DNA of 64,000 nt from Pocillopora damicornis (lineage: Eukaryota): positions 310,001 through 374,000 of the forward strand of contig NW_020844463.1 of NCBI RefSeq assembly GCF_003704095.1, in the 5' to 3' direction. Below, piece after piece: positions 51,401 to 64,000 of this stretch. Numbering within the stretch: position 1 is the first letter of the stretch; the number at the start of each line of letters is the position of its first letter. The notes below the pieces were generated by a model. It saw only the letters and a program-made list of their open reading frames with translations. It did no database searches and had not been told where the DNA came from. Position numbers and translations under genes: made by a program.

Positions 51401-54400
51401 GTCTCTCCTGTTAGTGCAATCTTTTCTTACTCCTGGTGAGCTGCGGGAGTTTCATGTGTCTATTAAAATTTCTCCATTGGCTCAAAGTTGATTTGCAGTG
51501 ATCAGTTGAATAGGAAACTATTATATTCTCACAATAATCCTTTCCCTTCTTGCAATATAGTTGCATTTGCATCAGTGGACTGGCATGACTTTGTTGTGGT
51601 GGAAACAGTGGAATTTAAAGACAACGAAACAGGTTGGTTTCTCACATTACATTTCTACAAGAGTAAAACCCTCTAACTATGATATCCCTACATTATCCAG
51701 CATTCAGGTTGTGAGGATATTTAAACTTATCAGATAGATTCTATTATCTTGATCTAGCAAAAATTCTTGTAACTAATTTACAGGTGATGTGTATTGGCTA
51801 GAAGGGCGAATTAACAATCAAATCTCGGGAATTAAAGAGTTAATTGTGTGATGTGGAAAACACATGGAATGAGTGATCTGCTTGACAAAATGCTTTTTTT
51901 AGGTAGTCAGTAAGAGAGACAGCCACCATTATTGGTAGTCCTAGTTTCACAGCTGTCTACGGGGAAAGCCGCTGAAAACCTGCGTGGAAAAGAACTATGA
52001 AACAAACAAAATTTTACACTTGCAGATAAAACTTACTCTTTTGAAGCATCTATTTTAATTTATTAAGATCCTTATATTGTGTTGTTTTAGCCAACTTGCC
52101 TCCACCAGTAAGCAGAGAACAGCTTGGAGCCAGGATATTAGCGCAGGAGCGATACGAACAAGTACAGGTGCGTACAGTACATGTAGCTTGTGATCAATTT
52201 AAACTTTATAGGTGCATGTAGATGCCTGTTCCATGGTCCTTTTTAAGACCAAAACTGAAATGTTCATGATTATTTTTTGTAGGATGATGGTCCTACGCCA
52301 GATGATATGGAAGTCAACATGGATGTGGAGATGGAAGTTGACGAACCAGAGCCGACGTTTTTACAAGTTCCTCCCCCTCCCCCTCCTATGAAAGATTCAA
52401 CTGGGGTAAGACAAGCCTATTTTACTACATTCGTGTACCTATCGATCTACCCACATTGCACCTACACCTTCGTCGGCATCTTTTTAGAAGCATGTGTAAA
52501 GATTAAAATTTGACTCTGAAACAAGACTCTGAAAAGGAGAATGGGAGAAGAGCTCTACAATATGTGGTTGTCCGCGAACGCCTTATAAGTGTGCTTCTCT
52601 TTGTGTGTATGGATCTTTTATAAAGACTGTGACGACCATGTTATTTTCATCTTTCAGAAAAACACAGACATGAATGAGGTGCCTCTTCCACCGATCCCCT
52701 CTGAACCTGGCCCCAAACCGCCCCTACCTCCCACAGCCCCAGGATCGAACATCCAAATCCGGAGAAATTATGATCCAAAGGCTCCTAAAGCGGCTGCACC
52801 CCTGGCTCAGACGGACAAGTTCCTGATCTCACCAATCACAGGCGAGCGGGTTCCTGCAGAGAACATGGCCGAGCACATGAAGATAAGTCTGTTGGATCCG
52901 CGCTGGAGGGAGCAGAGAGATAGAGTGATGCAGGAGAAGAAGGAGCAGGAACAAGTGTTTGCTGAAGGTAAAAGCAGTGCTACTGGTCACTCTATCTGCC
53001 GTGTAAACTCACTATAGGGTTAGAACAAGAAACGAAGGCCCAGAGAAGGGGCTCCTGGTCATGGCCTGTGGACTGTATCAATTTTACAAAAGCTATTTTT
53101 AGAAAGTAATTTAGTGTTAACAACTGAGTTGAAAACGTAAATTAGCCACTGTAAAGGGTAAAAAAGCTGACGTTTCGAGCGTTAGCCCTTCGTCCGAGCG
53201 ATTTAGAAAGACTATTAAGTGGATGCCTGTTTTCTGAGACGTCTACTTGAAGGAAAACTGAGGCTATCTTAGGTTAGTTTTTATGCTTAAAATCAATGCA
53301 GTGACGGAGCGGACGTCCGCGAAAGTGGAATTCGGTGAAAGTCCAAAGCTCAAAACACCTTAGGTGGAATCAATATTCGTTTGGTTACGATCTTTGACGT
53401 CTGGAAGTGTATAAAGCTTGTTCCGTCCAGGTTGCCGGCTTAGTTGTTTTTCTGTCTCCTATTTCAACTTCTTCTTCTCCTTCTTTCTTTACTGACCGAG
53501 ACGAAGCCTAGGCAAAAATTATCCAATTTCCAACCGTCTTGAGCTTTCGCTGGGTCAGGAACACATTCATTCATTTGTCTGTCAGGTATGTCAATTGGAA
53601 GCAGTCTGAAGCAGCTGGCCGAGCGCCGTACAGATATCTTTGGAGCTGGTGACGAAGAGACTGTCATCGGTAAGAAGATCGGAGAAGAAGATATCCGAAA
53701 ACCAGAGAAGGTCACATGGGATGGTCACACTGCTTCCATGGCGGCCACTTCACGCTTGGCTCAACAAGGCGTGACAATTGAACAACAGATCGAGGCCATA
53801 CACAAATCGAAGGGACTCACGTGAGTATTAACTTAACACTGAGCTCCATTTTGTGCAAGATACTCGTCAGCGGACATAAGTTGTTTCGAGCTTTGAAAAA
53901 AGATAGTATGAAAGGAAAAATAAACAAACATTTATTTAATTTACCTTGGTGGAAGCTATATTTCAACTAGCCCTCAAATTTTTTCAGCTCTTGGAACAAA
54001 ACGTTAAGTTTCAACGTACCTTTGAAAATGCATGTAGTAGAAGTTGAGCGCCAAGGCAAGGCGTAAATGTTTGTCGTTTAAATCCATCAAATATTTTTGC
54101 CTGCGCGCGATTGGTCTAAACGCTTCACGCGAACTAATATTCCCCCGCTAAAAACTGGGGAATATCCGAGGATATACGCCAAGTGATATATTACCAATTT
54201 ACAAACCTTACGTGTGCTGCTATCGCTCTCGGAAAACTGTTCTCATCTCGTAAATTATAATGTCCGCGGACAAATACCCAGGCACATTTTCGCGCCAAAT
54301 GGAAGCTATTGTTTATTTAGCCGGTTAAGAGGACTGTTTGAAAAAAAAACTGTAAGAAACATTTTCAAGTTTGGGTGACAGGTTTAACTGTACGGTCCGA

Positions 54401-57400
54401 CCCCTAGCGAGGGCATTTGTGTTCAGCTATGGTCACATCAATCCTTCCTGATGTTGTGTTTTTCGAAGCGACTATGACAATACATGCAAATATTTATACT
54501 GTGACTATTCTGTTCTTATGTTGTTCTTCAGGCCCTCAGAAGAACGAGAAAGAATTGGACCCAAAGTTCCAGAGCAAGATAAACCTCCCGAGGCGCAGTT
54601 ACCACCGACCACAACTATCCCGCCCCCTCCCTCCTTGAGTACCATGACCCCATCACGAGCGCCACGAGCGCCACCACCGCCCCCTATGTCCGCGATGATG
54701 AATCTGCCACCACCTCCCCCCATGCTCCCCCCTGGTGCACCCCCACAGTTCATGGGTAAGCATCATTGTTTACTGAAGTAAATGTCTTAAGAGCAAGGCA
54801 TTTAAATAATGCCAAGTGGTCTGTCCACGGGCGATTTTCCAGAAACGCTATATTTAAGAATGACAATCTATGTTTTTCTGGTTTGTTGTTTATGACGTGT
54901 GAAAATGCTTTGTATCTACTACTCATATCTCTGTGCTTTTTCATTTTTTTTCATTGAGCTTTCGTTGATCGTTTAGGTGACAGAAAGCCATCGATTTTAT
55001 TGTGTATTTATGGAAAACACCAGTCAGAAATTTATGACTTTATCTGTGATACCCTGTGATAGTTTAAACCACCTACTATCGAGCAAGGCGGGTCAACATG
55101 ACTCTTTTGATTTTACGGGATGCTTGTGCAAGAGCGCCAATGAAAGCCCGGTTGCTTTTCCTTTCCTTTCCTTTCCCATTCCTTTGTGAGACTGCTACTG
55201 ATTTAAAGGGACCAACTCTAGGTTTCTACCGTGAACGTTGTACATTTTTTTCCAGAATATATTTCCCTTGGATGCATACCGACCGTCTAAGTATTTATTA
55301 TTTTTATTTCTGTATCCGTAGGTATACCACCTCCGCCACCCCCGGGAGGTCTCCCGCGCATGCCGCCTCCACCGTTTGTTAACCCCAATCCTCCTGTTGC
55401 ACCTCCCCCGCCAAGTAAGCGAGATATGGACGGAGATGACGCGGCTGGTAAGAAGTCCAGGACTGAGCCGGCTGAAGCAAATCTTGTTCCCGAGGATCAG
55501 TTCCTCTCCTCCAACCCTAACCCGGTCACCTTTGGTGTCCAAATCCCTAACATGCCAGACAAGTCAGAGTGGAAATTGGATGGCAGCACAGTTCGTCTTA
55601 CTTTGCCGCTGACGGATCAGGTGAGTTAAGTATGGGTCTGGTACCGAGAGAAGTGTATTTTCGCGCGAGAAAGCTCTTAGGGAAACCACAATAATGTTCC
55701 GATACCTGAGCGCTTATTGAAAGGATTGCTCTGGAAAGCAAATTCAATAAAATCATACAACGGCAGCCCTGCCGTCTTAGTACCGGCAACGGTGTTGTTG
55801 TTCTGGGCAATTTGCATGTCGTAAAACAAAAACTATGTTTATTATCACGGCTAGTTAGAACAAACAAAAATATCTCAGGGAGCCAGTGAGAATTCAAAAT
55901 GAACACAAATGCTCTGGTTGTGTTTTTCTTCGTTCAGTGATTGGCTAGGAAAACTCGTGCCACTCTTCTTAACCAATCAGATGCACAAACTAGCCATGTC
56001 TTGGTGACGGGCAGTTTGCTTATATTTACTGTGAGTTTCCATTGGCTCCTTATCACAGTGCTCCTTTTATTGTCTGAGGCTGTAATGATTACTTTGTTGC
56101 TGGGCTTACGACACTCAAGGGCCATGGCGAATTATAGCAAAATTAGTCCAATCTCTTATCACTTTGTACACTCAATTTAAGGTTGCGAAAGCTTTCAAAC
56201 GGTTATCTTTCATAGAACAGTTTGAGGCTTAGACATAAGTGGCTGAAGCTGTTGTGTTTTGAGGAAACCTTGTTTTCTGAATGCTTTAACTCTTACCCGT
56301 AATTATCACATTACTTTCTCTTGACTATTTCTTAATACTGTTCTGTTTCTGCTCATTTCTCGCTAGATTTCTGTCATCAAGGCTAAACTGCACGAGATAA
56401 CTGGTATGCCAGCTGGAAAACAGAAACTACAGCTTGGGGTAAGAGTTATTTAATCTCTCTCTTTAGCTGGATAGGACAGTTGTTAGTTGAATGACCTGCC
56501 TTTACAGGAGTTTTCTTGACAGCGTAGATGGAAAAATATGTCAAGTTTCTATTAAGTAAGTTGCCACGTCTAATACCAGTGCTTTGACGAGGAGACCTTT
56601 CAAGGATAAAAAAAAGGTAACAAGGAAATTTGCTAGAGTAGATGACTTCATGAGGAAGCTTACCAAGGACGTAGTGGAAGGTTTTAGAAAAATTCTGCTC
56701 TAGCAGGTTTTCCTTGAGTGTTTTTGAGTAGATTACCTCGCTGATTTGCGTGGTGCACCCGTCATAGTGTTTGAGTAGATTCAAGCCAGCGTAAAAGAAA
56801 TTCCATATCGTTTTTCGTCCAAACTTTTGGCCTCTAACAAAAATGTTAATGAATAAGTTATCTGACAGATGTAACTTGAAAGTCACGAACTCGTGTGCGA
56901 CCTCCCAAATATTTTATGTTGGCGACAGATTAACCGGTTTATCTGCTATAATTTATCCGGTGATAAAGCTTATTAACTGCGTGGACAATCCGCTTACGAC
57001 TAGACATGCACTAATTAGCGTGCGGACAAGTGCAAACATCGACTCAAGGCAAACGAGCAAATACGTACGTGACAGTTCACGACCGAGGCTGAAAGGTAGT
57101 TGGTGTAAGATGGCGATTTCACTTCCCTTAAGTTATTTTTCTCGTTCAATTTCTCATGCAACTTCTTATTCTGAGATTCGTGTCAGAAACAAGTCGCCAA
57201 AGAGTTAAGTTGTTTATTTTGGCTCAGAATCCGGCCGGAAAGGTCCATTGTTTTCATTCGTTTTCTTTTCTTTCTTTTTTAGAGGTCAAGTGCTTATGGA
57301 GGCTTTATTTATTTTTTTTGTCTTTTTCTTTGTACATTCGTTTCTGTGAAGCACGAGGGAAATCTAAACACGATTTTTATACGTTGCATATTTCTGAGAG

Positions 57401-57741
57401 GTCCTATCTGCTTTATAATTTAGCCGTTTTGTCGGGAAAAGTGTGGTAATTAATTAGTTTATCATTTAAGCGATTTTCCTAGTATTAAAATTTCCGCGTG
57501 AAATAGAAGAGCAAAAATTAAAGCTGATAAGATGGTTTAAGGGAGCGAGGTTTTGGCCAACCTTTCAATACTTTCCGTAGGTGAGAATTCATCTCATATT
57601 TTCTTTAAATCATTTCATCTGCCTTTTTGTCTCGTTCAGGGAATTTTCATCAAAGATTCCAACTCGTTGGCATATTACAATGTCACTCCAGCCAGTGTAG
57701 TGCAGCTACAACTCAAGGAACGCGGTGGACGAAAGAAATAA
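45489..57741 (+). CDS. SF3A1: Splicing factor 3A subunit 1 (SF3a120/Prp21): 2 SURP domains, PRP21-like region, Pro-rich region, C-terminal ubiquitin-like domain
   Basis: 18 phase-consistent exons: 45489-45531, 45856-45894, 46835-46966, 47718-47755, 48160-48272, 48928-49006, 50041-50121, 50267-50329, 50748-50838, 51561-51632, 52091-52167, 52283-52405, 52658-52967, 53586-53820, 54532-54755, 55322-55620, 56367-56438, 57640-57741. Diagnostic motifs: GVIYPPPEVRNIVDKTASFVARNGPEFE..NNPKFNFL, IVKLTAQFVARNGRQFLT..RNYQFDFLRPQHSLF, DWHDFVVVETV, LISPITGE..HMKISLLDPRW, LAERRTDIFG, WDGHTAS, LQLKERGGRKK*. Start codon uncertain (45423 is an alternative). Confidence 0.97.
45532..45855 (+). promoter_or_regulatory. 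U12-type (minor spliceosome) GT-AG intron in SF3A1
   Basis: Donor A|GTATCTTTCC (consensus RTATCCTTT). Branch site ACCTTAAC at 45837-45844 (consensus TCCTTAAC), 11 nt before the end of the terminal CAG. No polypyrimidine tract. Splicing here restores the conserved EVRN/IVDK frame. Confidence 0.8.
47296..47548. repeat. Long inverted repeat (~117/125-bp arms, 11-nt loop) in SF3A1 intron 3
   Basis: gattggcacaagaca...acaattaataattacaa [catttttattc] ttgtaattattaattgt...tgtcttgtgccaatc; each arm contains aataaa + (TGTAT)n. Confidence 0.95.
49053..49511. mobile_element. Tc1/mariner(pogo)-type MITE in SF3A1 intron 6
   Basis: TA|ccgtaaaaacccacagataa ... ttatctgtgggtttttacgg|TA: 20-bp perfect TIR and TA TSD. 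Confidence 0.85.
53118..53202 (-). mobile_element. Penelope-like/retrozyme terminal fragment containing a minimal hammerhead ribozyme motif (core variant)
   Basis: Minus strand: cgct-CGGACGA-a-gggc-taac-gctc-GAAA-c-GTC-agc. Stem I gct/agc, stem II gggc/gctc, palindromic ACGT stem III; the CUGANGA box reads CGGACGA. Confidence 0.65.
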
Positions 57742-58051
57742 AAGACTTTGCAGTCCCAGAAGCCGAAAAGTTGCCAATTTCGTTCAGTTGTTTTTGTTTT
57801 ACTGTAAATGCTTTCTCAAGACAAGTCCCCCCCCTTTCCGTATATCGACCCCTCTCATGAGCGCCCTATGTAGAACTACAATTATCTCATAAGCTTCCTT
57901 CTAATCTACTCTCCTCCCCTCTTTCTGTTCCCTAGAGAGAAACTCTTTTTAGTATAGTTATATTGTTTCTCATTTAGGTCAATTAGCCTTTCAGTTAAAA
58001 AATATTCTGTTGTTTAAAAAGCCTGTATCAGTTTATGTAGGTTTTCGAGGA

Positions 58052-58083
58052 AATAAATATGTTCCTTTTGGTAAATAAATAAA
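58052..58083 (+). terminator. Candidate SF3A1 polyadenylation signals
   Basis: AATAAA at about 58052 and tandem aataaataaa at about 58074-58083, 310-340 nt after the stop, followed by GT-rich sequence. Confidence 0.55.
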
Positions 58084-59869
58084 ATTTCTCGGACTGTGAC
58101 ACGTGTTGAATTGTTTCAGTAGGGGCTTTGCATGACCTTTACGGCAAGCCACAACAGTTTAACTTGTCACCTTCTCTTTCCTGTCGTTTTTAGCTCATTC
58201 TTCTTTACCCTGTATCTGGCGTCAAAACTTAAATCTTGCCACTTTCAGCTTCAATTCGTTCCTTGTTAGAAGCGACTCCCACGTTATACACTTAAGAGAG
58301 AGGGCAGAATCACTAAGCGCTGATTGGCTGAGACAGAGGGCATTTCTCATTAATTTTCACGGTGAGCGACTCGAGCAAGTTCAATCCATTCCGAAACACA
58401 AGTGATTGTAATTTTACGCAGCCGTAGGTGATCACCTATGCTTTTTTAAATCACAAAAGTTTACTTTAATAGCAAAACGCACACTTATGCGTAATTTTCT
58501 TTATCCGAGAGAGCCAAATTGCACTCTATGGCCGGCTAAGATATTTTCCTTACTGGCCAAATTACTTCGTGAGGCCCAAAGTTGGGGTCAAATTTGTGGA
58601 TAGGTAGTGTAGTAAAGTCGTCCAACTCTTTTAAGTCTAATTGCATCACAGGGTCGTAGTTGATGTACCTGTAGACGCAAACTGTTTTCAAAAGCCATGC
58701 AATCCTTTGAAAAATTGTTTATTATTGCAAAACTGCGAAATCGTCAAATGACTGAAAGATTTAAATTTCTGATAAAACTATGATGCTGCGTCGGTGGGTG
58801 GTATCGCAATGTAATTTAAGTTGATAAAAGCAAAATATCATGGAATCGTCAAGGTGGGTGTTCGTTGGGATGAGTACTTGAAATGATAGCATCCTACCAA
58901 AGACGCCCTCTCCAAATGAGCAGAAACCTCGGTTGAATACGCAATGTGCACCCATTTGTAAGTGCATATAGACTTTGTAATCACTTTGAACCGCCCGCGT
59001 GCGAACGTAATCGGGCGTAATCAATTAATTTGGGTTCATTGTTGTTTTCAATAGGGTTCATATTTAGTAGTTTCACTCTAGAAGGAATTATTCATTGCTC
59101 AGTTTATTTCAGATGTAACTTGATCGGAGCCTTTGTTTGTCGACGAAGGTTGTTACAAAAAGTTGAGTCTATTGATCACTGATTTTAGATTGATGGTTGA
59201 GCACTTGAAGAGACTAGTGCACGCTCCCAAGTCTATCAAAAGAAGATATTTAGTACATATAGACTTCCGCTTCTCCCGTGGGCAATAGTTTCCTCACTTC
59301 CGTTAGCGTAAATCGAAAGAAAGACACTTTAATTTTGAAGAATACTCCCGCGTTTCTTCTTTATTTTTATAGATATTTTGTTAGTGACGTTGATGTAATG
59401 TTGAAATCAGAGCTTAAGTCTTACTGCCTTCATTTACACAACATGGTCCTCAAACAAAGCGTTACGAATAGTAAACAAGCGCAGCGTGCGTGACATCACG
59501 ATATGTCTATTTGCACCTCATTGTTTTGAATCTCCACGAGGGAGGAGGGGATGGTAATCATAAATTTTTTTCTTTCCCTTTAAATTTATTTAGGACAAGT
59601 CGAGCTCTTTCGACCGTTCTGGGATTTATTGGCACTAACATGTATCGTTTGCTATAGGTATTTCCCTTTCGTGTTCCGCTGAGGTACTTTTTGTTTCGAA
59701 AATTTGTTGTTGCAAGTTGGGAGCCCCTCCCGTCCACAGTCATGTTCAACTTTTCACACGTCTTCTAGAACTTGATTGACGATTCTTTGTTCTCGCGCGC
59801 CAGAATTGCTCACGCATTGTCACTTTCAACGTATCTTTGATTGATTTCGTTGTCGTTAAAGGATTTGCG

Positions 59870-60163
59870 ATGTGGGTTGTTAAAGTTCTAAACACGGGTA
59901 AGCCTTCGACAATGTTGAAATATTATGTTTTTTCTCCATCGAAGAGCACATTCAGTGACACTGTTTCACCACCTGCTAGCGAAACTTTCGGGGTCCTTTC
60001 ACCGATTCTGCGGGGACTTCGCAAACGCCGCTACACGTGGGGATCGATCGTTCAGTCGACTGAAATGCCATTTTCTTTGTTGTTTTTCTCACAGATGTGC
60101 ACTGTTTGCCGGTATTAGTAGCGGTAGTGGTGTGCGTTTTCGCTCTTCTCCTCATGGTCCGAG
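59870..60163 (+). CDS. First two coding exons of an unidentified secreted or membrane protein gene (continues downstream or beyond the window)
   Basis: Exon 59870-59897 (ACG G|GTAAGC) and exon 60095-60163 (ttttctcacAG| ... CGA G|GTAAAC) join in phase to give MWVVKVLNTDVHCLPVLVAVVVCVFALLLMVR, a hydrophobic signal or anchor. CpG-rich promoter-like context. Confidence 0.5.
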
Positions 60164-63100
60164 GTAAACCTCGAAGAGGAAAAGTAAGTCATAGGCCATT
60201 TATCAAAACCAGAGGTCGTCGTCCTTCGCCAAGGATAACTCTCCTTTTCGGCAACAGGGTTAGTTCGAATATTTTTATTTTGAAAATTGTTGGTTTCCCT
60301 GACGCATTTTCTCTTTCATCGAATTAATGAACCGTTGAAAGCACTGAACGCATTTTGATTTCAAGTGGTATTGTTTAATTCATACGGCGAAATTAACAAC
60401 TATCGAAAAATTTAGAAAATTCTCAATGAAATGTGGTGTTCATTAATTTGTTTGATAGATTGATCTTACGGAAGACAGGAGTTGCTCGAAAACTTTACAA
60501 AACCTTATTGTTTATGAAATGTGTAAGCAAACAATCCCTGTTCCCTTAAGTTTATTTGTTTTCAAATCTAATATTCATGATATACTAGCTTGCTTTTTCT
60601 GTATATGCGAATAAGGTCATCAAGATCCTATCTCCTTCCAAGAAAATAGACGGCTTGATCGCCGTCAAATAATTACGTATGTTTTTATTTGTGATTAGTT
60701 AGTCAAAGACAGTCAAAGAAAGTTCGAATTTCCGTTTTGCGGTTTTAAAATTTGCATTTCTTGTCGACTCGTAAATACTGTGGAAGACATGTCGACGCGA
60801 TCAGGCGATTTCACTAAGTCACCACATGATTCGGTTTTACTTTGAAATTACGTAAAAAATCGAAACGTCACTTTGAATTTTCTCGAAAAGATCTCTTCAA
60901 TTTAAAGCTAAACAATGAAACTTTTTATTGTTTTTCATTTTTGGCACCAACAATACATTCGCCTTCCACCTGCTGATATTATACTAAACATCACGCAGGA
61001 AAAGAAAATTATCAATAAAAATTTAGTGAAGTGTATGTTCTCGCCGCTTTCATTGTCATACAATCTCTACAGGCCGCACAGAAATCTTTTTGAGGCGATC
61101 TTTGACTTTCTCACAATGTGCCTTACAATAATTTGTGAACTCTGTTGATAGGTGCAAATGTGTTTATATTTTTAAAAAGATAATCGAATTCAGACAATAT
61201 TGTAATTGGACTTTTTGTGGGAGTTCCAATTGTGGGAAATAATTACCTGTTTACACAGTGAAGTCAAATTGTATCTACGAAAAAATTATAACAAGAATTT
61301 TTCAGTCAGGGTTGATTTTATATGATGTCAAGCAGCCATCTTATGATTGCCTTGCCAATCGATATCCAAATTTTGCTCAAAGTTTATATTTCACTCAGTC
61401 TGCATTAATTCTCAAGAGATTGTCCTATATTTTAAGTCCAGGTAAGATTACACTCACTAAATGTGATAATAAATATTCTTTTATCATGTTTTGACCCAAA
61501 GCACCGAAAATTATAACCCAGAAGATAAATAGACAATGTCATAAGGTATGATAAAATATGCAATCAATATCATCAGTGTAAATGCATGGGTGGACTTACA
61601 AGCTGAATTATGCATAAAATGTGCACAAAATTGGATAACATTTACTGGAAAACACAGTACATGCTACTTAAGGTTGTGGTCTGTTCTTAGTTATAACCTT
61701 TACTGATGAACATCTCATAAACTGATCCTGAAATAATAAAAGCCAACATGAAGCTTGAAATTTATTCTCTAAGGAATGAATTAATCAGCTGTAATTTGAA
61801 TTTTTGTCATACAAATTGATGTGTTTAGAACTTTCAAGAATTATCATGTTATTGTGTTAAGGGCATCTTTAAAATTTGAACTCATAAAATGGGCTAAATG
61901 GTTGAAAAATGAAAAATTCTGATTTCAAGAGTTTTCTGCCTTTGTTAAACCCAACTTTATAAGCTTTCTAGTGGTTGCTTTTGCATCCCACAAAGGGAAA
62001 TCAATTTGGCATAAATAGGTACATGTAATGTCCGTTGATGCTAATCTTTCCAAATCTCATCAAAGCTTAATCAAGTTTTGGGGACATACATTACCCTTCC
62101 TCTTGTCCCAACTTCTGCCCTCAGCAGTTAGCAAAAGTCCATCAAAATGCAAGCTCTCTTTTGACCCTCTTTATTTTGAACTTTAATTTAGTACAGGTAG
62201 CTGTCAAATGTATTAATTTAATCACTTGAAAATATTAGCTGAGCTGATTACCTCAGTCTGTAGCCTTTTTATTTTTAATTCTCTACAGTCAATTCCCACT
62301 ATGTGGTCACTGCTTCCTGTGGGGCAGAAATTGTGGTTTGCTATTTTTCATTTTGAGAGCCATGCCATGGTCTTAACAAGAATAACAGAAACAATGCCTT
62401 TGTTGTTACTCATTGTTTTTCATTTTTATCTTGAGCTTAAGAAAATAAGTAATTATGTAAACCTACTCAGAGCTTTATTAAGTACTTATCATGTCACGAA
62501 ACAGCTGAACAAAAGCTAAGATGCCAATGCTTGTTCATCTTAGAATAATCAGAGGCAATTTCCAGCTGTTTTATATAGTCAATAGGATGAAATGTAAACA
62601 ATACAAATTTTAATGAGTCAGAGTCAATGTTAAGTTAAAAAATTTCTTAAAAATTAACAATAACTAAATTCTGTTTGGCGACGAAGCTTAAGAAAAGAAA
62701 CAGTTCTTCATTTTGCATCTGATACTTGAAAAAAAAAACAAGAAAGAATTTCAGCCCTAAGATAGCTTGTGTTCAGACTTAGATATTTATAATAAAACTA
62801 GTGATGACTTAAAAGTACAATTTAAGTTTGAATTGCTCTTGCTTGGACAATAGTGCAATTTTGAATTGAGTATCAAGAGTAATACAGGATCATGTTGCTT
62901 TTGTTTTATTTCACCATGTGATTATTGCTTTTGTTTAACTCTTTGATTCCCAAGATCTGTTTGTTAGCTCTCCCCTCTAGCTGTTACAAATTTCCTTGTG
63001 AACATGTTACAAGAATTTGGTGTTAGATCAAGAAAACAATCTCTAACTGAAAAGTTTGAGTATTCCCATTACCTGTTTGCTGGATAACAGATGCATATCA

Positions 63101-64000
63101 TTGGGAGAAGTTACCTTTTAATCACTTCTGGGAGTTAATAGGCTAAGAAAACTGGTGCCACACTCTCAACCAATCAGATGGAAAACATAAAATATCTTTA
63201 TCTTGGCCACTTGCCTCTTCACACCCTTTTGGCAGTTTGCTTTTAAGTTACTTTGGGTTCTCACATGTTCCTTGTAATATTTCCCTTTGTTAAATTGACT
63301 CAGGCTGATATGATCTTGGTTTTGCAACACTCAATTTAGAAGCCCTTTTGCAGTCCTCTGCAGAAGTACTGCAAATTACAAATACATGGATGTGATACAG
63401 TTGAAGTTGACTGAGTTTGTAGCATTGCCAATGACTTGTTTATCCAGTTTTGTCTGGATTTAACCTTTCCAAAAATTGAATAAGAAAGAATAACGTTATG
63501 CTTTTTGAGTTTTCTGTATACCCCTCCCTTCCAGAATTGCCATTAAGGAATTTCTCGCAACAATATTGATCTATTGCCAAGTAGAAAGGTGATGAGGAGA
63601 TTAATTAGTATATATTACTTTATTTAACCCTTTCACTCCCAAGATCTAAGTGTCAATTTCTTTGCAGTGTCCTAGTTCTGAGAATTTGATGTTAATTCAA
63701 GCAATATGTTCAGTTGTTACTTAACTTTCTTCTCATCACCTTCATGCTTTTGAATGTACTAGTAATTTGTAAGGAACAGTTCCTCTCTAATTACCCCTGG
63801 GAGTGTTAACTCAGAGTGTTAACTCAAAATCCCCTAACAGCAATTTTGGGAGTGGGATGATTTAGTTAAAAAAAAATAATTTGGCTTAAAGTAGATTGTG
63901 TTTAGTGTTAATTCTCTGCCTCATAACCAGTAGATGAGTGAAGAATTGCCTGACTGTTCAAACCTTGCTAAGTAAGCTAACAATGTTTGGTGCCTGCCCG

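Noticed and set aside
56446-57449. ORFs of 97-146 aa in the last SF3A1 intron
   Set aside because: No recognisable domains or splice context; compatible with chance ORFs.

Overview
AT-rich, intron-containing eukaryotic (animal) DNA from a draft scaffold with four 100-N gaps (17172-17271, 18285-18384, 22898-22997, 51034-51133). Gene content and repeat families point to a scleractinian coral or other anthozoan (inference, not proven). From left to right: (1) a minus-strand secreted PAN/Apple + 2x EGF + fibrinogen-domain gene running off the left edge; (2) a repeat-rich stretch with MITEs, a solo LTR, a possible non-coding transcription unit, and L2/DIRS/Tx1 retroelement debris; (3) a cluster of at least three copies of one hAT DNA transposon, one full length with TIRs and an 8-bp TSD, inserted into the THAP domain of an older, possibly Kolobok-like element, and another split across an apparently flipped contig; (4) a decayed ZNF862/TTF-type hAT transposase; (5) a PKD1L-type polycystin pseudogene; (6) a complete 18-exon SF3A1 gene; (7) the first two exons of a further secreted or membrane-protein gene. 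The most interesting signal is that the first coding intron of SF3A1, a U2-snRNP-specific subunit, looks like a minor-spliceosome (U12) intron with an overlapping frameshifting U2 donor. SF3A1 introns also carry a ~250-nt hairpin and a minimal hammerhead ribozyme remnant. I found no unambiguous new biological system; the candidates are ranked as hypotheses.
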